The notes below the pieces were generated by a model that was given only the letters and a program-made list of their open reading frames with translations, made no database searches and was not told the origin of the DNA. Of a stretch of DNA of 61,499 nucleotides, positions 55,255 through 61,499 are shown piece by piece. Position numbers and translations under genes: made by a program. Within the stretch, counting starts at the first letter, position 1. Each line of letters begins with the position of its first letter. Source of the DNA: a virus (Duplodnaviria > Caudoviricetes); the IMG/VR virus record IMGVR_UViG_3300031215_000016, positions 1 to 61,499 of that record. One strand, given 5' to 3'.

Positions 55255-56247
55255 CTATCCTTTAAAAGTTGGTTTAGCACTTTTCAACAAAGATTCACGA
55301 TAAGTTGCGTACTCTTCGTGGTTCATGTCTTTTGGGCTCTTTGTGGGAGCGTTAGATGCTTGGCCATTGTTCGCGTCTGGGCTAACGCGTACTGTTGGGT
55401 CAGAACTACCACCGTTGTCGGATAGTTGATTTGCCCCACCAGAATTTCTTGCGCCATTCTCAATATCTTCAACCGTAAACTGTCTAACAGTATTCGGAGA
55501 CGATTGAGCTTGATGCTGAGCGTTAATCTGGGCTTGGTGCACAGGACTAACGTTGTTGTCTTGCCCGTTGTTATTTTGTCCAGCGTTAGGCTGGGGAGTA
55601 GAGTTGGGCTGCGGATTAGATGAACCGTTGTTGGGCGCTGCTCCATTAGGAGTGCTCACACCAGTAGGGTTGTACTTTTTCCAAGCTTCGTGCGCTTTCG
55701 CATAAGAAGCTTTAAGTTCTTCTTCTGTGCTGCCAGAAATAAGCTCCTCGATAACTTGCCCACCATACTGCTTAGCAATAGCCTGCTTAGCGGTATTCAT
55801 TTGCATATCGACAATTGGAGCCAATCTGTCATTAACCGCATTCATAATCGCGTTTACAAGTTCAGAATTGTCCACGTGTTGCGTATTTGCGTTGCCATTT
55901 TGGTTTGGGGTGTTGGGTTTAGCAGCATTGTTGTTTGCTTGCACACCTTGTCCATCATTAGCAGTAGCGTCATTTGCTTGCTGTGATTCCACAGCGCTGG
56001 GATTCTGAGGTTGTTGCGTACTTAATCGTGCGACTTGGTTAGCCAAAGAACTGTTTTTTGTTTTGAGCGTGTTAATTTGATTGTAGAGGTTTTTCTTTTC
56101 CTCTCGAATCTGGTTAGTGTGTTGCTCTGAAACTTCTGATTCTATTTCTGAGCGAAGCTCGTCTCTAACTTCAGAAGCTATTTCTGGAAAATCATTAGTT
56201 TCAATACTAACATTTTTTCCGTCAATTTCTAGGTTCAATTTTGCCAT
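55255..56247 (-). CDS. Capsid scaffolding protein
   Basis: Coiled coil, Q/N-rich disordered segments, C-terminal KDM..EEY..YRE.LL; between portal and capsid genes. Confidence 0.75.
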   Translation of the reverse strand: MAKLNLEIDGKNVSIETNDFPEIASEVRDELRSEIESEVSEQHTNQIREEKKNLYNQINTLKTKNSSLANQVARLSTQQPQNPSAVESQQANDATANDGQGVQANNNAAKPNTPNQNGNANTQHVDNSELVNAIMNAVNDRLAPIVDMQMNTAKQAIAKQYGGQVIEELISGSTEEELKASYAKAHEAWKKYNPTGVSTPNGAAPNNGSSNPQPNSTPQPNAGQNNNGQDNNVSPVHQAQINAQHQAQSSPNTVRQFTVEDIENGARNSGGANQLSDNGGSSDPTVRVSPDANNGQASNAPTKSPKDMNHEEYATYRESLLKSAKPTFKG

Positions 56248-56320
56248 TGAAAATTTATTTAAGATGTATAATTAAAGTGGTGATTATAATTGGCGGTGTA
56301 TTACCTAAACTCGGCCCAAA

Positions 56321-56503
56321 TTATACGTTATTCGGGTTGCTTGCTTTTTCAACCAAAGCGGCTGAATTGGCATTACTAATTTTAGCGTGCTTACGCTCTT
56401 CCATTTTTACAAAGCTGCTAGGCGATGTACCTGGGTTAACAAACTGCGCATCTGTGCGGCTGTCTGTTCCTTTATTCTTTTCATGCAAACTTTCTGGATT
56501 CAT
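56321..56503 (-). CDS. Small hypothetical protein
   Basis: 60-aa ORF on the coding strand between portal and scaffold. Confidence 0.55.
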   Translation of the reverse strand: MNPESLHEKNKGTDSRTDAQFVNPGTSPSSFVKMEERKHAKISNANSAALVEKASNPNNV

Positions 56504-56586
56504 AATCTCAGGTGTTTTAAGTTAAACTATTACGGATTGTAAAATTACTGCTAAAATTTAAAATACAAAAAAATTAACAATTACTT

Positions 56587-58221
56587 TTATTCTTCAACGG
56601 TCTCTTCTTCTTTTTTATCGGTCTTTACTGTGTCGCCCCCATTATTAACTTTAGGGTTTCCTTTGCCGTTGTCTGTGGGGTCTTCGGTCTTGGAGCTTTT
56701 ATCAGATTCTTGGTCTTCTTTAAGAGCTTTTTTTTCTTCTTCGATTTCTCTCAAAAGAGATGTAACATTGTTCTTTCCTAATTTTTCCATCCACTCTCTA
56801 CGAGAGCCTATGCCCATGTTTATCTCTTGTTGAGCCATACCTAATTCGGATGCTCTATCTTTAGGAAAACCATAAGTAAAGGTAGGTTCTATTCTGTATT
56901 CTTCGTTGAAGTCTTTTGGCAAATCGTCAAAGGTTTTTAAACCTTTAAACTCACGAATATTGAGCATGCTTATGGTCATCTTATTTATCTCTGTAAAACC
57001 ATCACCATACATAGTCTTTTTCGTGTCCGCCTGCTGTAAAAGCGGCTGATACGTCAGTTCTAAAGCAGCACCAGAAGTGTTAGATATTGGTTGCAATTGC
57101 CCAAGAGTGTTTTCTGGAACGTCAGAAAATTCGTGCATTGACGTTTTTATTCTTTCAGTAAACTGCATAGCTGCCCCCAAATCGCTGTCAAGGGTCAAGT
57201 TGAATACGTTGGCATCTACTGGGAGACCAGACCATATATTTCCGACACCACGTTTTAGTGCTTTAGCATTGGCCCCGGTTATAACGGTTGTAGGTGCGGA
57301 GTGGTAATCTATGATGGTTTTTAACTGCTGATTCATCTCGTTGTAGATTTTGTTCAGCGGCAAAATACCTTCAACATCGGAAACAGAAAAATACTGACCA
57401 AGGTTAGGCCTGTTGCGTATGTGGATTATTGGGATGAACCCATAAGGATTCTTAGACGATTCTATATCTTCTTTATCTCCCCCCTCTTTAACGTTTTTCT
57501 GATACCAAGTTTTTATGTTCTCTTTGTCGTAAGAGTAAACCTTTAAAACGTAGTTGCTATCATTCTTGGGTAAAGGGACTCTGATTTCAAACCTAGACAT
57601 GTCTCCGTCTCTAGTGTCTTTATCGAAATACGGAATACCAAAACGACTGTCAATTAAATTATACCTGACAAATTTATTTTCTGAGTCATAAGCTAGGGAA
57701 ACGTAACAATCTCCGCAAACGCTGCCCATTTGTAGGATTTCTTGAACAAGTATCTTTCTTTTGTTTAGATTCCAGTTACGCATGATGAATCTCTCAGCGT
57801 TTTCGGCAACTTTGGACAACCTTATTTCTTCTGCGCTGTGTTTACTAGGCCCCTCTTCAGAAGAGTCTTCGACAATTTTCCTTAGTATGCTGTCCTCTGA
57901 CAGGCTCCTAACTTGAAAGCTTATAGACTCTTTGCCCACTATGAAGAAGATAACTTTATCTATAAAGGCTTTTATGTAATTAAAGGTTAAGAAAGTCTCA
58001 TTCCAATCTTTCCAATGCTTACCACTATAAAAGTTGAAAAACAAAGCATACTTCGTAATCCTGTCCATTACAGACTGATTAGCAGTAGATACTATGTTTT
58101 GAGAAACAAAATCTCTGAGTTGGGAATCTCCAAGACCCATAACTCTAGTGTTGAAGTTGCCAGACTCTCTGCTAGTCGTTCCCCTAGAAGTACCCCAAGT
58201 ATCGTTAGTGCTTACACTCAT
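56587..58221 (-). CDS. Portal protein (SPP1 gp6-like)
   Basis: FYSGKH, NYIK.FID, NPYGFIPIIH..N, SD, NTSG.AL; directly after the terminase. Confidence 0.9.
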   Translation of the reverse strand: MSVSTNDTWGTSRGTTSRESGNFNTRVMGLGDSQLRDFVSQNIVSTANQSVMDRITKYALFFNFYSGKHWKDWNETFLTFNYIKAFIDKVIFFIVGKESISFQVRSLSEDSILRKIVEDSSEEGPSKHSAEEIRLSKVAENAERFIMRNWNLNKRKILVQEILQMGSVCGDCYVSLAYDSENKFVRYNLIDSRFGIPYFDKDTRDGDMSRFEIRVPLPKNDSNYVLKVYSYDKENIKTWYQKNVKEGGDKEDIESSKNPYGFIPIIHIRNRPNLGQYFSVSDVEGILPLNKIYNEMNQQLKTIIDYHSAPTTVITGANAKALKRGVGNIWSGLPVDANVFNLTLDSDLGAAMQFTERIKTSMHEFSDVPENTLGQLQPISNTSGAALELTYQPLLQQADTKKTMYGDGFTEINKMTISMLNIREFKGLKTFDDLPKDFNEEYRIEPTFTYGFPKDRASELGMAQQEINMGIGSRREWMEKLGKNNVTSLLREIEEEKKALKEDQESDKSSKTEDPTDNGKGNPKVNNGGDTVKTDKKEEETVEE

Positions 58222-58244
58222 CTTTTATTTTTTTGTAAAATTAG

Positions 58245-60680
58245 TTAATTGTAACTATTCTGTCTTATGGATTCCATCATTCCTGCGCCTGGATAAAAAG
58301 GGTTGTGTTCTTCTTGCTCTACATAGTCTTCTACGAGTATGTCCATATTGGCGCCAAGAGTGGCTAAACCCAAAGAATCTAAATAATCATCAAAACTGTG
58401 TGGCCCCTTTTGAACAACTAGTAAACCACCAACGTAAAATCTTACGGCCGAAGTAAGCTGCTTTTCAAAATTTTTGTACTCCTCAGAATCTCTTACGGAT
58501 TTGTAAGCTGGCACAACAATACGGTCTTTTTGCATGTCTTCTTCTAAGGATTGCCACATATCTGACTTAGAAGTTCTTGAAAACACATAAGGTACTACTT
58601 GGGTTTCTGGGGGAGCGTTGAACATAAGTCTTTCTGTTGGCGCATTACCAACACCCGTAGAATCACAAACAACGTAAGTAGGCATCCACAAATCAATTAA
58701 GTCCATAATAGCTATGTGTTGGTCTTCGTAACTAGTGCTAGGGAATTCATACCAATTAAGTAGCCTTTTATTTGGCTTATCTGCTTCATAATCTTCCACA
58801 GACTCATGTAGCTCGTTGCTTGGGTAAACTTCTACTATTGTTAGGACAGTAGAGTTGTTTTCTTTTGCCCAGTCTATACCAAAAACTATGTGTGTTTCTT
58901 GTCCGTCAGGCAAAATAAATTTGCTGATAGGCACTACTTCCTGTGGGTCTGATTCTGTTTTGAGTTTCTTATTTAAAAGGGCTTCAAATTTTTTCTCTGT
59001 ACAAAACATGCCCGTCTCGAAAGTCCATACCAGTGCGTATGAAAGTTTAAATGCGTCTGAATCTTTACCCCAACGGTGGTACTTTTTCATAACATCTTTT
59101 TGGTAAAGTAGGTGGTACTTTTTACCATCAACCTCGTACTGCTTTTTCCTAGATGCTATTATGGATTTGTAATCGTATTCGTAGTGTGTTTTTAGTCTTT
59201 TATCATCGACTGCTCGGTCTGCTTTTTTATTAAATTGTATCTCTTCGTAAAAATGATTCTTACTTGTTCCAGTAGTTCCACACCTAAGTATGGTTCCCCC
59301 TGTTGCTGAAACCATTGGTTCAATACTTTTCTGCGCGATAAGTGAGTCTATTTCTTGGGTTTCATCAATAACAGCTAAGTCTAACGTCTTACCCTCAATT
59401 TTAGATTGTTTTGAAGCTGTTTGGGCGGAGCAGATAGAGTCATTAGTTAGTTTGAGTCGGGCTAAGGATATGATTCCCGTGTCTATGTCTTCATCGGACA
59501 TAACCATAGCAGCGTTGTGCGAACCTATACGAGACTTTGTTCTTCCATAAACGTTATCCACTTGCTCTGATTGAGGGGCGAATAAACCAGATTTAAAACC
59601 AGTACTAAATTGACCTAAATCGTCTTCAAAAATGTCGGCTAACTTAGGGAGTATAACCATCAGAGTAGCTACTACGAAAGCCACAACCTCTGACTTGCCA
59701 CAATTATGCAGCTTTATGCCCCCACAAGTGAACCAATGTTTCTCTGGAACTTCTACGTCATAAACGTCATAGAAACCATCAAAAGTTATATTCAAAAGCG
59801 GGGCAAATTTATATTGCTCTCCGTCTTCTCCCATAAAGTCGTATTCGGGGACAGTAGGACAAACTCCGGTGCGTAGGAATTTTTCAAAAGTCTTATTCAT
59901 AAAGTCCGCAGGAAACTTTACATAAAAACCAGTATTACCGAGCTTATCTATTACTGATTTATCTATGAAGGACGGGAAACCAAATTTATTTAGGACTTGC
60001 TGGATAGTTTCTGCTACTGTTCGGTCGGGAGCAAAGAAAGAATCTTTCTTGTAGAGGTTATTTAGAAGGTCTATGCAGTCTTTTCTGCTAAGCTTTGACA
60101 CCATTGAGGGGAAATCAATGTTAGTGTCTCTCTGGTCTACTGTGGTCTTTTCTGGGAACTTATCCCACTTGACTAGACAAGCTATTTCTTCGCCAATTTT
60201 TAAGTCTTCTGCTTTTTTCCAACCATCCCTAGTGTGCACTGGGTGGTTATTAGTTAGGAACACTTCGTGCCCAAGATAAGATGTGTACTTCTTAACGGGT
60301 CTGTTCTTTGCGGTTAGCCAAGCGTTGGGGTGGTTTTCAATGGCGCACAAAGAGCCATCTCTGTTATGAATAACTGAGCCCTTCTTTACACACTGTCTTG
60401 ACGTGAGCAACGTAATAGATGCTCCTTCTAAGGTAATGACTGAGTAAATCACTCGGTACGCTGGGGCATATTGGTAGTCATACAAGTCTATGCCCGTAAG
60501 CATGGCCCCAAACTTCATTATCTTATCAGTTAAATCATGGGGGTCAAAAGCAAATTCTCCCGACATATCACTAGAGAAGTCATCTGGAAAGTCGTTTATT
60601 AATTCTTCCGCATCGGAGCTAACTGTTTTAGTTATTCTGCTCTCGTCTGTTTTATATTTCTTGTTTCTCAACTTAGGCAT
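58245..60680 (-). CDS. terL: Terminase large subunit, interrupted by an intein
   Basis: Spliced Walker A SRQ/CGKS, VIDETQ Walker B, FGIDWA, DSTGVG, DDYLDS nuclease motifs. Confidence 0.95.
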   Translation of the reverse strand: MPKLRNKKYKTDESRITKTVSSDAEELINDFPDDFSSDMSGEFAFDPHDLTDKIMKFGAMLTGIDLYDYQYAPAYRVIYSVITLEGASITLLTSRQCVKKGSVIHNRDGSLCAIENHPNAWLTAKNRPVKKYTSYLGHEVFLTNNHPVHTRDGWKKAEDLKIGEEIACLVKWDKFPEKTTVDQRDTNIDFPSMVSKLSRKDCIDLLNNLYKKDSFFAPDRTVAETIQQVLNKFGFPSFIDKSVIDKLGNTGFYVKFPADFMNKTFEKFLRTGVCPTVPEYDFMGEDGEQYKFAPLLNITFDGFYDVYDVEVPEKHWFTCGGIKLHNCGKSEVVAFVVATLMVILPKLADIFEDDLGQFSTGFKSGLFAPQSEQVDNVYGRTKSRIGSHNAAMVMSDEDIDTGIISLARLKLTNDSICSAQTASKQSKIEGKTLDLAVIDETQEIDSLIAQKSIEPMVSATGGTILRCGTTGTSKNHFYEEIQFNKKADRAVDDKRLKTHYEYDYKSIIASRKKQYEVDGKKYHLLYQKDVMKKYHRWGKDSDAFKLSYALVWTFETGMFCTEKKFEALLNKKLKTESDPQEVVPISKFILPDGQETHIVFGIDWAKENNSTVLTIVEVYPSNELHESVEDYEADKPNKRLLNWYEFPSTSYEDQHIAIMDLIDLWMPTYVVCDSTGVGNAPTERLMFNAPPETQVVPYVFSRTSKSDMWQSLEEDMQKDRIVVPAYKSVRDSEEYKNFEKQLTSAVRFYVGGLLVVQKGPHSFDDYLDSLGLATLGANMDILVEDYVEQEEHNPFYPGAGMMESIRQNSYN
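59703..60392 (-). mobile_element. Intein (230 aa) with a degenerate homing endonuclease remnant
   Basis: Starts CVKKGS, block B LTNNHP, ends VYDVEV...F..GGIKLHN followed by Cys(+1). Confidence 0.93.
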
Positions 60681-60684
60681 ATAG

Positions 60685-60692
60685 CAAAAATA
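60685..60692 (-). promoter_or_regulatory. TAnnTTTG box 4 nt upstream of the terminase ATG
   Basis: TATTTTTG; overlaps the T-rich tail of the upstream terminator, so it may be coincidental. Confidence 0.35.
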
Positions 60693-60726
60693 ATAAAAGC
60701 GAACCTACGCAATGTAAGCTCGCTTT
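60690..60726 (-). terminator. Intrinsic terminator upstream of terL
   Basis: AAAGCGAGCTTAC-ATTGC-GTAGGTTCGCTTT stem with G-U pairs valid on the - strand, followed by a T-rich tail. Confidence 0.7.
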
Positions 60727-60769
60727 GAGTGTTGATAGTAATAATGGATTAAAAGTCAATGTAATTTTA

Positions 60770-61129
60770 TTAAAAAAGTAATTTAACTAATAAAGAACCT
60801 AGGACGAAAAAAAAGAAACCCAATAAGAAGAACGTAGAAATTTTAGTAGCGGACGAATAGTGGTTGCTTTTCCAAGACTCCAAGAAGTCACTTAGCACTT
60901 TATCGTCATACTTAAAAACATGAACAACTGACCCTTCGTTGTCTGCCAGCATAATAAAGTCAGATGTAGCTGTTAGCGAATAAAGGGTTTCGGTTTCCAC
61001 GTATATGTCGGCCAATATTTTAGATTCCCCTGTGTCATTGTTCATTATCATATTAAGTTGGGCGTCTTGAATACCGTTAGGGCTGTGCTCTGGGTTAACT
61101 GTTACCCATGTTTGCGCTTTTACGTACAT
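60770..61129 (-). CDS. Hypothetical protein with a C-terminal TM helix
   Basis: ISTFFLLGFFFFVLGSLLVKLLF C-terminus. Confidence 0.65.
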   Translation of the reverse strand: MYVKAQTWVTVNPEHSPNGIQDAQLNMIMNNDTGESKILADIYVETETLYSLTATSDFIMLADNEGSVVHVFKYDDKVLSDFLESWKSNHYSSATKISTFFLLGFFFFVLGSLLVKLLF

Positions 61130-61132
61130 AGG

Positions 61133-61408
61133 CTAACCAGTAACTTTAAATATGTTCCCAATCCCTAAAGCTGCGGCAGGCTGCTTACCATCTACGCGCA
61201 TCCACATTTTTCCTGTAAAAAGAAAGTAAAATCTAGCCAGCAAACTTGGGCAATACCAGTTGGTTACTGTGTGGTTTCTGTCGATGTACATAGGTAACTC
61301 TTCATAATCTTCTTTAGGAACTCCACGGCTAACTTGTTTTCTTGTCGGCTTTCCTTTTCCTATGGCGTTTTGCTCTTTGAATCTTGATGCTTCTAAGGGT
61401 ATATACAT
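61133..61408 (-). CDS. Hypothetical phage protein
   Basis: LP.Y......W.PS...R...LFTGK.W..V....QP pattern; A-rich leader. Confidence 0.7.
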   Translation of the reverse strand: MYIPLEASRFKEQNAIGKGKPTRKQVSRGVPKEDYEELPMYIDRNHTVTNWYCPSLLARFYFLFTGKMWMRVDGKQPAAALGIGNIFKVTG

Positions 61409-61499
61409 TTTTCTTAACTTTTGTTTGCTCTGTTAATTGCTCTTTTTGCTTTTCTAGGTAGGTTATTATAGTAGTCTAGCTTATTTTGGGTTTTGTCTC

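Larger units (their letters stand above)
1..61499. mobile_element. Segment of a tailed dsDNA phage genome (myovirus morphotype), probable Bacteroidota host
   Basis: Terminase-portal-scaffold-capsid-neck-sheath-tube-tape measure-baseplate-fibre-lysin order plus phage-type replication genes; densely packed ORFs; no host core genes or integrase seen. Confidence 0.96.

Noticed and set aside
432-60684. Numerous short + strand ORFs antisense to long - strand genes (and - strand ORFs within 22.5-26.1 kb)
   Set aside because: They overlap well-supported genes on the opposite strand and show no motifs; treated as shadow ORFs.
1-61499. Stop-codon reassignment, as seen in some Bacteroidota phages
   Set aside because: Genes are full length under the standard code, and TAA, TAG and TGA all end genes at tight junctions.
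1-61499. tRNA or rRNA genes
   Set aside because: Intergenic gaps are short and I found no cloverleaf or T-loop consensus; tRNAscan-SE would be needed to exclude them fully.

Overview
The whole window is a segment of a tailed phage genome with a contractile tail (myovirus). No host housekeeping genes, rRNA, tRNA, CRISPR array or integrase are visible. Several independent signs point to a Bacteroidota host: TAnnTTTG promoter boxes, A-rich starts mostly lacking a Shine-Dalgarno, an Hc1-like protein, a Bacteroidota-type HExxH protein, a PL1-like lyase and a signal peptide followed by Gln. Layout: (1) 195-3051 (-) 7-deazaguanine DNA-modification cassette (DpdA/TGT-like, a 2OG-Fe(II) dioxygenase, QueF-like, QueC), with FolE 22 kb away. 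(2) 3.1-21.7 kb (-) recombination/replication module (SpoVS, two resolvase-like nucleases, Cas4-like nuclease, vWA + MoxR AAA, RecA, PolA, SSB, primase, DnaB, DnaC-like loader). (3) A divergent promoter region with a ~120-nt purine tract, then a short (+) operon (NTP-PPase, SF2 helicase, FolE). (4) 26-60.7 kb (-) lysis, tail fibre, baseplate, tape measure, tail, neck, capsid, portal and an intein-containing terminase. The best candidate for an undescribed system is the deazaguanine cassette: a dioxygenase is translationally coupled to dpdA, and the QueF-like domain has no start codon downstream of the queC stop, suggesting a +1 frameshift fusion to QueC. Other notable signals are a recurrent Met-Pro-basic N-terminus on about 16 proteins, a signal-peptide-like leader on the major capsid protein, and near absence of GATC. 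All family calls come from motif recognition by eye, not from database searches.
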